Below, piece after piece: positions 29,901 through 41,918 of a stretch of DNA of 64,000 nucleotides (its first letter is position 1; each line of letters begins with the position of its first letter). The notes under the pieces were generated by a model. That model saw only the letters and a program-made list of their open reading frames with translations, was not told the DNA's origin and searched no databases. The stretch is taken from NCBI RefSeq assembly GCF_009914755.1, contig NC_060944.1. One strand, written 5' to 3'. The translations under genes and the position numbers were made by a program. This stretch comes from the human T2T-CHM13v2.0 reference genome, Homo sapiens.

Positions 29901-30879
29901 TCCCATTGGCTTCCTTCACGAGATCACTGCCTTAATTTACGAGGCCTGAGTGAGTCTCATTTCCCCAGTGCACGTTGAGTAATTAACTATTAATAAAAGC
30001 ATTACTGAGTTAACCATGGGGGCATGTTTAATTCATGGGGCAGCCCAGGAACAGGATGGGAGGCTTGGGCTCAGTGGGGGATTCCTCGCAAAGCAAAATA
30101 TTGCCAGCAGGATGCCGCCAGGCCCTGGGCCCCCTACAGTGGGCCACCTTTTCTGTCCCTAGCCAGAGTAACCTAATCTCAGGAGGGTAGTGAGGCTGCC
30201 TGCCATCCCAACCACAGGGCTGCTGAGCTCTGGGAGGTGTAAGCCCCTGCTGGGCTATAGGGCTGTCTGCTTGGTGGCTAAAGAGCTGAGTGACCTTGGG
30301 CAAGTCACTTGGCCTCTCTGAGCCTGTTTCATATCTGGAAAGCAGGGCTGTTCAGAACCAACAGCTTCCCAGGGTGGATTGCAGGACTAAGGAGCTCAAG
30401 CATGGAAAAGGATGTGGTAAATGACCCAATGCTCTTTACTCGCATGAAATTATTTTAGGACCTCCCTCTTCCCCCTCCTCATGCTAGAGATACCACTGTT
30501 GACTGTTAGGGGGCGGGGAGAGGATCTACTTACTTGTTCAAAATAACATGATGGAACAATCCTATCAGGATACCTCCTCTTTTCAAAGATGGATCAGTAG
30601 CCCCGCTCCCCCTCCTCTTTCCCCATGTGCACCTCTGGCCAGCCACGGGTGAACAAATTGTTACAGCAGCCAAACACACCAACCTCAAGCTCACGCACAT
30701 CTCTGCACCTTCGCATCTGCTTTCCCCTTGCAAGGTACGCCTCTTTTGTCTGCTTAGCAAACTTCTATTTAGTCTTCAAGACTCAATTCAAAAGGGTCAG
30801 CTCTTCCTGGAAGTCTGCTCTCCTCCTGACCCAGACGGTTGCTCCCTTTCCTGTGGCTCCCATACATTCAACTATTATG

Positions 30880-31172
30880 GCATCTGTCCATCCACCATCC
30901 ATCCATCATCCATCTACCCATCCATCCACCTATCCATCTACCATCCATTCATCCATCATCCATCCATCCATCCATCCACCCACCCATTCATCCATCCATC
31001 ATATATCTACCCATCCATCCATCAACCTATCCATCTATCCATCCATTATCCATCTCTCCATCCATCCATCCATCCATCCTTCATCCATCTACCCCTCCAT
31101 CCATCTACCTAACTGTCCATCCACCCATCCAGCCATCCACCAACCCATCCATCGATTATCCATCCATCCGTC
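30880..31172. repeat. degenerate (TCCA)n/(CCAT)n tetranucleotide microsatellite
   Basis: about 290 nt of ccatccatccatc... Confidence 0.95.
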
Positions 31173-31380
31173 CTTTTATATTTGTTGAACAACTACCATG
31201 TACATCTCTGATCACACGGTTTTGAATGAGTCTGGCTTTCCATAGACCAATGATTCTTAATCTTTTGGGGGTCAAGGACACTGTCTCCCAGAAAAACATG
31301 TAAATGCACACACATGCTGGATGCTGCTTTCCTCTTCAGAGATCCCTGGTCATCCCTGAAGCCAGACTGTGGACCCTGGT

Positions 31381-31795
31381 TGTGGTAGACACTGTGATGT
31401 GGTGTTCAGGTCTCCGGTTGGGAGTGAAGGACTTATTTCCTCAGTTGCTGGGAGTCCGGCAGTCATCCTTCTTTGGGGTTTGTCTTGAAGAAACTGCCTT
31501 ACCCAAAGTCACATCTCCTTCCAGGGGCAGGCTCACTTCCAATGACAGGTCAATGCTGTGGTGTAAGGCCATGAGCCTCTCACCCCAACTCGGGACAACT
31601 CTGAAAGGTATCTCAGCTTTAGAGTTCCCCATGGGGTTGGCTGAGGCTTTTGGTAGGACTGCCTTGAAGCTCAACTTCCCCTCTGCCCTAACCTGCCGCC
31701 TTCTCCTTTCCACAGGTAATTTTTCCAAGACCACTTTCTAATAAATGTCCTGCACTCTAATCTCCATCTCTGAATCTAATTCCCAGGGAATCCAC
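31381..31795 (+). mobile_element. ERVL-class solo LTR (LTR16A-like)
   Basis: starts TGTGGTAGACACTG; contains GGGACAACTCTGAA.GG, GGCTGAGGC and TAATAAATGTCCTGCAC.CTAATCTCCATCTC; family from memory. Confidence 0.65.
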
Positions 31796-31817
31796 TGGAT
31801 TAAAAAGCCCTGCAGAA

Positions 31818-32015
31818 GCCAGGCATGGTGGCACAAGCCTGCAGTCCCAGCAACTCAGGAGGCTAAGGTGGGAGGATCACTTGAGCCCAGGAGGTCAAGG
31901 TAGCAGTAAGCTATGATTGTGCCACTGCACTCCACCCTGGAAGACAGAGGAAGACCCCATCTCTAATAAATAAAATAAAATAAAATAAAATAAAATAAAA
32001 TAAAATAAAATAAAA
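31818..32015 (+). mobile_element. Alu right monomer (FRAM or truncated AluJ) with (AAATA)n tail and TSD TAAAAAGCCCT(G/A)CAGAAG
   Basis: monomer only; TSD at 31801-31818 and 32011-32028. Confidence 0.9.
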
Positions 32016-32507
32016 AGCCCTACAGAAGTTCCTTGAGGACAGAGACCATGTTTTAATGACTTCGATATCTCCAGCAGCGATCACCGGCCAGGGCACATTG
32101 TAGACGGTCCAGAAACACTGATGGAATGCATTTGAATGCATTTTCCTCTGGTTCTATGTTCTGTCCTTCTGTTGTTCCCCAGCAGGAGAGTTCTCATCTG
32201 ACATCCAGAAGAGGACGGCCCCACCAGCAGGATGGTGGTGGGACTGGGAGATGCTGGCCTGTTTCTGGGAAGTATGTTAGTTGCCAACGAAACTAAATAA
32301 CCATGGGAACAGACGTTAAGCTAATTGGTTACTACAAAGCAGGGGTGAAGGGACGTGGCTGATGTCAGGGCTGTGCAGTTAGGGTGAAAACTCCATGGGA
32401 TGGCTGGGAGACCGGAGGCTGGCAGGAATGGGCGGTGGTGGGAGGGAGCAGCCCCTTCTTACAGGGCAAGTCATTTGGAAGTTAGAACCTGTAAAATCCC
32501 CACTTTA

Positions 32508-32960
<453 letters not shown>

Positions 32961-34811
32961 TTAAGTGCATGCTCAGTACCAGACACTGCAGCAGAGATGG
33001 GGATCTTGGAAGGCCAGAGCTCCAACGCTGGCTCCTCCTCTCATCTGGGCGAGTTATGTGACGTCCTTCCTGCTCCATTTCCTGAGTGGTGATGACTATG
33101 AGCCGAGCACTGTGTGCTTTACCTACATTATTTTATTTCACCTTCACAGTAGCTTCCTTCAGGTGTATGTATTATTATTCCTTCTGTAGAGACAAGGAAA
33201 CAGGCTCGGAGAAGATCAGCAACGTGTCCAAAAGCACGCAGCTAATCACAGCAAAGAGAGACACGTCTCTCACTCTACGGCGTCTGCAGGTTGTATCCTT
33301 AGCCATCGTTATGCTTAACCACTTGGAACTTAGTTTCCACAGCTAGGAAAGAAATACAATCAGTCCTTACTGCACCGGGCTGTTACAGATTAAATAACCT
33401 ATGGCAAAGGCCTAGATGGTGCCCAGTGAACGGTCTTTTCTGTTCTTTCTTCCCCATTCCCCAGCCCACTGCCTCATCACTTTCCTGGGCTGGGAGGAAG
33501 GCTGACTCCAAAAATGAATGTCTCTGTCCCCAAGTCCGGCAGTGTCTGCCATGTAGCCAGTACTCACTGAATGCTGTCGACCTAAATGGATGGCCTGGGA
33601 GTCCCCACCCTCAGTCCATCACTAGTGTGTGATGCAGGAAGCTGCAGCAAGTACCATGAGGAGAATTCTCTTGGTGCCATGTAACTACTCTCAAGCCACT
33701 GGGATTTTCAGGTTTTTCACAGCAGGATAAAGCAGAAACAGATGGAGACAATCCCTTGAGCCCTCAAGGCAGAAAAGGTACCGGAGTGAAGATGAAGGTA
33801 TGCCGGGCCCTGCCTGATGGCTCAGGTCCCTCCCACAGGCAAACTGCAGCCCATTCTCACCGCCACCACAACACCAACTGTGGACGTCCTCACATATTGG
33901 AGCCATTAACCTTCCTTCCACTGTGGGCCCCTGGGAGAGGTGGTGGGCAGGTAAGCACTTGAAACTCGAACCTGCAGGTCAGTCCTCTCTCCGCCCCTTC
34001 TGCAGAAGCCTCGGAGCTGGGGCTGTGTGGGGACAGACACCACAGCCTTGGAGAGACAAGTCACATCCTCAGCTTCCCCTCAACCTGTGCAAGCACCGCG
34101 TTGCCATGGTGATGCTGCAGCCCTGAGATGCAATGGCTGCAGACAGCATGGGTGGTTCTAGGGCTCAATGCCGAGGTGGACGCTGTCTGGCCTGGGAGGC
34201 CAGGCGATTGGGTGGGCTGGGTGGGGGAGGAGAGGGAGCCCTCCTTTAGGTTCAGCTGGTAATTGCTGCTAAATGAAGGGCTGTCATTGAACCCAACATG
34301 TGCGAGGTAAGGGCCCCCGCTCTGCACCTTGTAATTACTGCACCAGACAGCAACGCTTGCTCCCTGTGCTGGGAGGCGGGCAGTGGGGGAGCAGACAGGA
34401 AGCTCTCATCCACCTGAGCCAGCGGGGCTCTGGCAGACTCCCCCTGCCGCCCAAGCAGCCTGCATCCCAAGCAGCCTCTAAGACGGAGGAGGCCCTGGCC
34501 CCCCTCCTTGGCTGGCTCTTCCCACATCATCCAGCTGGAGCACGAGCCTCCTTTAATCTTGGCCTCTGAGCTTGCGGAATCCAAGGGGGGCAGAGGTGCA
34601 GGAGCCAGATAAGAGGCCGCTTCCAAGCGCCCTTGGTGCTCCACCTCCGCCTGCTGAGTCTGTGCTGGGAATCTGAATTAGAGGCAGATCTCGGTCTGAC
34701 TCCTGAGCACGGAGGCTCTGAGGGCCTCGGGCTAGTCACCGCCCCCTCCTGGCTTCAGTCTCCTGCTGCAGAAGTGGAAGTTGGACTCGAGAATTCTTGA
34801 GGGTTCTCCTG

Positions 34812-35003
34812 CTGGTAAACTTCAGCCAGCAAGCTGGATCCTACTTTTGTAAATGGGGTTTCACTGGGACAGCCACACCCTGGGTCTGTGTCATCTATGG
34901 CTGCTTTTGTGCTACGATGGCAGAGTAGCTGCAACAGACGCCATATGGTCCCCAAACCCCAAATATTTACTATCTGGCCCTTTACAGGAAGTTTGCAGAC
35001 CCA
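34812..35003 (+). mobile_element. MER58A-like hAT-Charlie MITE
   Basis: TCTATGGCTGCTTTTGTGCTACGATGGCAGAG ... AAATATTTACTATCTGGCCCTTTACAG.AAGTTTGC.GACCC. Confidence 0.8.
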
Positions 35004-35203
35004 TTTTTAAAGTATTAAAGTTCTCCTGGGCTTAACCGAACGAGCTTTAGTGACTCCAACCTGATGGAAACAATTTTAGAACAAGCCCTATCCTTGTCCC
35101 CACCCATGGATACCCACTGTCCTCTTCCAAGCACCCCTTTTCTGCCGGTGTCTGGATAGCCGTGGCAGGGCAGCTGGGCTCTGGGAGCCAGTGTGGTGCA
35201 ATG

Positions 35204-35217
35204 GCGCCACCTGCTGT
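35204..35217 (-). promoter_or_regulatory. candidate CTCF site
   Basis: minus strand ACAGCAGGTGGCGC versus core CCASYAGRKGGCRS, one mismatch. Confidence 0.5.
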
Positions 35218-36006
35218 GAGTGCCTAGGAGCACTTCGCCTGGAAAGCTTTGTCCCCAAGGGCCGGGGGGGTCTCCCATGGCCCGGGAACCAGTTTACAGG
35301 AGTAGACTCAGTCCACAGCACATCAGAGCTGGGGTCTTGCCCCCTCCCTTCCTCATTTGAGAGAGGCCTGCAGTCTAGAGAAGACGTGGGACTTGGCCAA
35401 GGAGGAGTGGAAAGCCCAAGCCCCAGGGTCCCATGAAGTTCCAGGAGGCTGTGTGGATGTCACGTGCAGCACGTGCACACACAGACGTACACAGACTTGG
35501 ATGTGAACCTCAGCCCGGCCACTTAAGCAGCTCTTTATCTTTTCCAGGCTTTAGTCTCTTAGTTGTTAAAAGGATTAAAAGAAATGCTTATATAACATTT
35601 AATCTGTTACTAATAATGACTCAATCTTCAAAAGGACTCTGAGATAGACATTATCCCCATTTCACAGATTAAAAAACTACGGCACAGACAGGTTAGGTCA
35701 TTTGCTTAGGGTCACACAGCTAGTGACAAAGCCAGTATTCAAACTAGGCTGTGAAAACATGTAAGGTCTCCAGAATGCAGTACTCAGTAAACATTCATTT
35801 ATTTCCTGCCAGCAGGTGCAGTGGGGCCCCACTGGGGAGGGGACTGGTGTTCTAACAGGAGCGAGAAAATGAAGGAGGCCTGGCTTAAGACCAGACATTT
35901 GAAGAAGGCTCCAGGCAGGGAAAGGAAAGGAGAGGCCAGGCCCACACTGTCCCCTCCCTGCCCCCACGTCTCCAGCAACACAAGGCGGCCAGTGGACCGT
36001 GAACCA

Positions 36007-36012
36007 TTTATT
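36007..36012 (-). terminator. SLC35C2: SLC35C2 polyadenylation signal AATAAA (a second one lies at 35798-35803)
   Basis: TTTATT on + strand about 430 nt past the stop codon. Confidence 0.75.
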
Positions 36013-36440
36013 TCCAAACTATAAAGAAACCTGCTCTCTGAGAAAAGACACTGCCCAGGTGATGAAGCTCCAGCCCCTGGAGGTCCAAAACCCAGTCCAA
36101 ACTCAGTCCCTTTAGAAAGCTGCTGTGCCTTGGAAATGAGTCTCGGCTGTCAGAGCCTGGGAAGTGGTGGGAAGAACCAGCCCACTCCCCTCTCCTGCTG
36201 CGATTCCAGCGCAGCTTGGGCCCAGCTCTGGCCAGTCCCAGGCTGGCCTGGTGCTCGCCCCTTGTGTGACCAGGCTCTGAAGGGAGGGGCAAAAGTCATG
36301 AGTCCCTGGCTTGGCCCCACCACCTGGTGACTCCCGTCCACAGCTCCCAGCTACCATGATGAGCCCTGGCGGCTTGAGCACAGTGAGTGCTGGCAGCAGG
36401 CTGGGGAGTGGCCTGCTTCTAAGCCATTTGCCCTGGCTGG

Positions 36441-36571
36441 TCACTGCTGCCCCTGGGCCACAAAGTACTCCTCCTCCTCATTGTCACCTTCCTCCCGCTG
36501 GCTGCTCCGGAGCAGCAGCTCCAGGTCGGGGCTGGAGCCCAGCCCCTTCAAGGCCTTGGGGCCACCATCAC
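36441..36571 (-). CDS. SLC35C2: SLC35C2 last coding exon ([10 protein letters not shown]...[12 protein letters not shown])
   Basis: acceptor tcccaag|GT, TGA at 36443-36441, 131 nt, acidic cytosolic tail. Confidence 0.97.
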
Positions 36572-36807
36572 CTTGGGATAGAGAGAGACCACAGTTACAG
36601 GCCCAGTCGTGGTTTTCTTGGTTTGCTCTGATTTGCATGTGTGCTGAGTCACCCAGGCCCCACCCACCCACTCTGGAGATGACCCCCACATCTTCCTAGA
36701 GGAGTGACGGCAGCAGAGCCACCGGGCACACTTCCTGCATCAGAATCACTAAGAGTCACAGGGAGAAGAACAGAAAACAGAGGCTTCTGGAAGGGACTCT
36801 GGGTTAC

Positions 36808-36937
36808 CTCTGGAATGCAGGGCTTTGAGGGCAACGTGGAGGGATATTCCCGAGAGGCAGAGGGCGAAGCCCAGCCAGTTCAGGAGGCTGATCTGATCGC
36901 CCAGCAGATGAGCTGCCAACAGCAAAGTGCAGACTTC
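36808..36937 (-). CDS. SLC35C2: SLC35C2 coding exon 8 ([10 protein letters not shown]...KALHSR)
   Basis: acceptor ccccag|GAA, donor G|GTAACC, 130 nt. Confidence 0.97.
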
Positions 36938-38097
36938 CTGGGGGCAGAGAAGCAGGAGGGAGCATGATCAACAGGCAGATTTGGCTGCTTGACCAGGAGG
37001 GTGGAAGGTGGGGGCACTAGGTACACTCAGGTGGGCAGATCAAGATCTGCCTGAAATCCTGGGCCCAGGCAGGCAGAGAGGTCAGGGGACCCGGCCGGCT
37101 TGCGGCGCTGTCCCGCCAGCCTCCTTTTGTGAGATGCAACAAAGGAGGTGCTTGTCATGGAATTCTGTCAGGAATAAAAGAGGCAAACCAGATCCCAGGC
37201 TGGGGACCAGGGTGTCCAGATCGCGCCTTATCCACAAGGATAAAGGACGGCTGCCCCAGAAGGCAGCCACAGAAGAGAGCCCTGAGCCTATGTGTGAGAA
37301 TGCTGTGTTACCCCGGACTGAAGACACAACTGGTCCCGGGGCTCTCTATAAACAGAGACTCCAAACAGGACTGGCAAGGCCGTTCATCCAAGAACCACAG
37401 CCATGCCTCAGCATGCGGCTGGCCACCAGAAGACCCTTGGACAGGCCTGCATTTCTGGGTTTAGGCAACACTGCTTCAACACTGGTGTGTGCCTGGCCAA
37501 AGAGAAAAGTCCCTCCCTGCCCCTGAACAGGGAGGACTGTTGAAATGTGTGGGAGGGAGAAGGAGAAGTGAGAAGAGGTATGAGAGGGAAGGACAGGCCT
37601 GCGAGGCAGAGGTACAGCAAGGCTGGCCACAGGGGTGCTTTCTCAGGGTCTCACTAGCCCTGGCCATGGCCTTGGAGGACACCGCCAGTCAATCACGGAA
37701 CTCTTTCCTGATGAGTCTGGATAGGGGCTGTTCAACCTGTGGCTCCAGGCCACTGCCCAGTGCCAGAGTTGGCAGTCAAGGTAAAATGTGAATGCATTCC
37801 AGGCCTAGCAGAGTCAGAGCTGGCTTTGAGGCCCCTGCTGTGCCCTTGGGGAGGGGCGGCTCTCCATCTGTGTCCCTGTCTGTGGGATGGGAGTGATCAT
37901 ACCCTCTCACAGGGCTGTGGTCAAGGCAGAAGGAGGGGCCAGCACAGCACTCAGCAAAGTGCCTGGCACCTAATGGGGCACTTCCTTCTCTTCTCTGCAG
38001 GGCCCTGGGGTGCAGGAGCTGGGACTGAAGCTGCTGGTGAGAAACCCCTGGGGGCTCCCTCTCTAAGACAGGACTGGCATCACGCCCGAGTCTGTAC

Positions 38098-38273
38098 CTT
38101 AAAAATGCCGGCAATGGAGAGAGTGAGGCTGGAGGTTCTGGAGACCAGGAGGAACTCAGAGAAGCCCAAACCAAAGGCGAGAATCCCGCCAAGGAAGAGG
38201 CTCCCAAGTACCCGCAGGAGCAGCCCTGTGTCCTGGAAACGGAAGATTTTCTCAGATGTGGACAAATGGAGAC
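38098..38273 (-). CDS. SLC35C2: SLC35C2 coding exon 7 ([13 protein letters not shown]...SIAGIFK)
   Basis: acceptor ctttcag|GT, donor AAG|GTACAG, 176 nt. Confidence 0.97.
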
Positions 38274-38511
38274 CTGAAAGCAACAGGGAGAGAGAGTGGG
38301 AGGCCGGGTCCTGGGCTGCCTTGGCCAGCCCAATGCCAACCACACAAGATCTTCCACTGTAGTAGTGAGTTCTTACTGAGACCTGCTAACTGTCTGCAGC
38401 CCAGAGAAAAAGCATGGAAGGTATAAAGTGATCCCACACAGATGGCCTGAGACCTGGGGAAACCAGGGAAGCAGTGATGGCTGCCAGAGCGCCTGGGGGC
38501 AATACAAGCCA

Positions 38512-38856
38512 GATCCTAGCAGGATGATGCGGATCCTAGCGGGATGATGGGACCCTAGCGGGATGATGGGGATCCTAGCAGGATGATGGGATCCTAGCGG
38601 GATGATGGGGATCCTAGCGGGATGATGGGATCCTAGCGGGATGATGATGGGATCCTAGCGGGATGACGATGGGATCCTAGCGGGATGACGATGGGATCCT
38701 AGCGGGATGATGGGATCCTAGTGGAATGATGGGGATCCTAGTGGGATGATGATGGGATCCTAGCGGGATGAAGGAGATCCCAGTGGGATGAAGGAGATCC
38801 TAGCGGGATGATGGAGATCCTAGTGGGATGATGGGGATCCTAGCGGAATGATGGGG
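38512..38856. repeat. minisatellite/VNTR, 17 units of 19-22 bp, consensus GATCCTAGCGGGATGATGG(G)
   Basis: units counted directly; lies in the SLC35C2 intron between coding exons 6 and 7. Confidence 0.95.
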
Positions 38857-40925
38857 AGGGCTCGTCTGAGCCTCTGGGGTGAAGTAGAGGGGGGTGGCCC
38901 TGCATGGAAAGACGGATGGAAGTGCCCTGCACCTTTGGACAGTATTCCCTTACTGGTCTGTGGGGAGGGGCTCATGGCTGCTGACTTCATGGGGTCTTTG
39001 GAGCTGTGGTAACTACTGGGCTAAAGAAGGTAGGGCGGCTACCAAGTGACGAAGGACCAACAGTGCCCCAGCCCACTCAGGGAACTCCTTGGTCTAAATT
39101 TCAGCCAGTTCACCTACAAACAGGGACAAAATTCTATCCCTACAAACGTTCATTTTAATCTAGGTCTTGCTAGTACAGAGCTGTGGGACTTGGGCTGAGA
39201 TGTGTCCCCTTTCTGGACCTCAGTTTCCTTACTGATAAAATGAGAGGCCTGGGACCAGACTGGTATTTCTCCAACCCGTGGTATCACTTGATGAACATTT
39301 CCCAAAAAGAAAATGCAAACACATGGCCCCTTGCTCCAGAAACACAGGCATGCACACCCCCTACCCCAAATTCAGCTTAGACTTTCGGAGGAGTCATGGT
39401 CCCTCCAACACTGTCCATCTGGAAGAATGACTCCCGGCGTCCCTCCCACACGAAAGTCCTCGTGGTGTATTAGCACAGGGTGAAGGGGGGCCCAGAACTG
39501 GGCACAAGAGACAACTGTGGTAGCTGGAAGCTGGACGAGTATTTTGAGATTTTTGGAGGGAAGCACCAAAGAAATGCCGAGTGACAGTCCCCCCAGGCAA
39601 AACAGCCTCACAGTGTAGGACATCTTGTTTGGTGCTGGGCTCAGCAGAACTGCAAAGGCGTCGGCAAATTGAAGGGAATTCGGGGAAGAGCAGCATAAGT
39701 AATGAAGGCGCTTGGGGGATTAATTTACCAGAAAAGATTAAAGGAGCTAAATCCATGCAGCTTTGCCAAGTGACGACTACCAGGGGCTTTCAGATGAGGT
39801 TTTGCAGAGATGGGGCATGGTGTAAACACACGGGAGGGGAGGGAGAGTGTGGCGTTTGGTACAAGGGGGCATAATGAAGGAGTGGGGAGAGATTTTAAAG
39901 AAGGAAAAAAAACGAGGCCCTGAACAGAAGTTTCCTGGACAACGGGGCTTCAGAATAATTTTCTTGGGGAGGTTCAAGACGCTTCACTGCTTGAAACTTA
40001 AATGGATGTGGGACAGAATTTTCTGTAATGACCCTGAGGGCATTACAGACGGGACTCTGGGAGGAAGGATAAACAGAAAGGGGACAAAGGCTAATCCCAA
40101 AACATCAAAGAAAGGAAGGTGGCGTCACACCTCCCAGCCTACACAGTTCTCCAGGGCTCTCCTCATCCCTGGAGGACGACAGTGGAGGAACAACTGACCA
40201 TGTCCCCAGGCTCCTGTGTGCTGGCTCCTGGTCTTCAGCCCCCAGCTCTGGAAGCCCACCCTCTGCTGATCCTGCGTGGCCCACACTCCTTGAACACACA
40301 TCCCCAGGTTATATTCCTGGACATGGCTGAACCTCCTATTCCTACTTCCGAGATGCCTTGCTCCCTGCAGCCTGCCAAAATCCCACTCACCCTCCAAACC
40401 ACGGCCTGGGAAGCCTTTCTGACTTGCCTGATTACTCCAGCATCTTGGAACAATCCCTGATTCCCCACTCCTTAGAGGCAAGATAGGGTGGTTAAGAGTA
40501 GGGCTGGACCACTTGGAGCCAGGCTGCTGGCTTCAAATTCTGGCTCATTTACGAGCTATGGGACCTTGGGCAAGTTATCTTTACTTCTCTGGGCCTCATT
40601 TTGTTCTACCTGCAAAATGGGGGATAATAATAGTACTGCCACACCAGGTTTTTGGAAGGATGAAATGAGTTCCTATGTTTAAAAAGATCAGAACAGCCCT
40701 GGTGCACTTTCAGGGCTCTGTGCACACTTACTGTTACTGTTCCCTGAATTTTATATGTGCTTTCTCTGTAGCGTTTATCATGCTGGACCCCAAACCATGC
40801 GCTTCCAGGGGAGGGACTGCATCTTTGATCTCAATAATCTCTGCAGCTACCACTGTGTTGGGCTCAGGGCGAGGATCTGTGGTCTGCTGCACTGAGGTGC
40901 CCTTGAGAGGGAAGGCCCAACGTAC

Positions 40926-41009
40926 CTTCAAATACAGCAAAGAGAGGGAAGAGCCCCAGGAACATGAGTGGCTGCAGGTGGAACATGGTGTCGATGGGAT
41001 TCTGGAGGC
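40926..41009 (-). CDS. SLC35C2: SLC35C2 coding exon 6 ([28 protein letters not shown])
   Basis: acceptor cctgcag|GC, donor G|GTACG, 84 nt. Confidence 0.97.
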
Positions 41010-41116
41010 CTGCAGGGCGGGGGACAGGCACCATCAGGTCTGGTCCGGCCCTGCCCTGCCTCCGCCCTGCCTGTGCCGGGGTTCCTCTCTCTGGAGGATG
41101 AGTGGCACGTGCTCAC

Positions 41117-41285
41117 CGAGTTCAGCCTTCTGCAGGAGCATCTGGGTGAGGGTCCAGCGAATGCCACCGATGAACGAGGCCCCCAGCACCAAGGCGAAGC
41201 CCTCCACGTTGAACTGTGTGGACTTGTAGGTGAACATGAAGAGACCCCCGGCGATGAGGAGGACCACCAGGACCAGTGCCGCGCG
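41117..41285 (-). CDS. SLC35C2: SLC35C2 coding exon 5 ([10 protein letters not shown]...LQKAEL)
   Basis: acceptor ctaccag|CGC, donor G|GTGAGC, 169 nt. Confidence 0.97.
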
Positions 41286-41845
41286 CTGGTAGGATGGGGA
41301 GCAGTGGCAGCTAACTCGGGGGTCTTGAGGGTCAAGGGTTCATCACATTTGGAGCCTGGGGTCAGCAGCCATCTTGGCTGCCCCTGGGGCAAGAAATCCT
41401 TCCACCCTTCAGCTCCATCCCAGGGGGTCCTGGACAGTCCTTGCCCACCAATGTCAGCATGTAGGGCTGACGGTCAGCTGGTATGCCAACAGCCCTGCTT
41501 GCTCTGCCACACTGACGGCTGTCCTAGGCCCCCAAGTGGTCCCACCTCCTCCCTGGGCCTAACACACAGGGCTACTGCCTCCCACAGCAGGGTGCTTCCT
41601 AGACCCAGCTCTGCTGGGACCCTCATCCCGCAGTGCTTTCACCTTTGGTCATTACCCTGCCACACTGGTTTCTAAATATTCTGAGTATTGCCCATGTCTA
41701 GGTCCCTTCTCAGAAAGGGATCTACTGCCACCTGGACTGGGCTTGTCTCCTCTGTCACACAGCAGGACAAGCCACTGCTCAGACTCCCACTTTATTCTTA
41801 GCATCTGTGGGGGCAGGAAGGACACAAGAGACGCTGGGGCCTCAC

Positions 41846-41918
41846 CAGCTCCTCCAGCTTGAAGATCAGAGAGAAGATCAAGATGAAGAGGACAGCTGAG
41901 GATTTGGTCATTGTGTAC
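41846..41918 (-). CDS. SLC35C2: SLC35C2 coding exon 4 ([24 protein letters not shown])
   Basis: acceptor cttccag|G, donor CTG|GTGAGG, 73 nt, phase 2 to 0. Confidence 0.97.

Noticed and set aside
30625-31225. Long H/P/S/I-rich ORFs in three frames
   Set aside because: Artefact of the stop-poor (CCAT)n microsatellite.
38512-38856. CRISPR-like appearance of the periodic repeat
   Set aside because: Units are contiguous with no unique spacers, the context is a eukaryotic intron, and there are no cas genes.
37739-41675. Long + strand ORFs (207, 184 and 235 aa) overlapping SLC35C2 exons
   Set aside because: Antisense shadows of GC-rich coding exons with no independent support.
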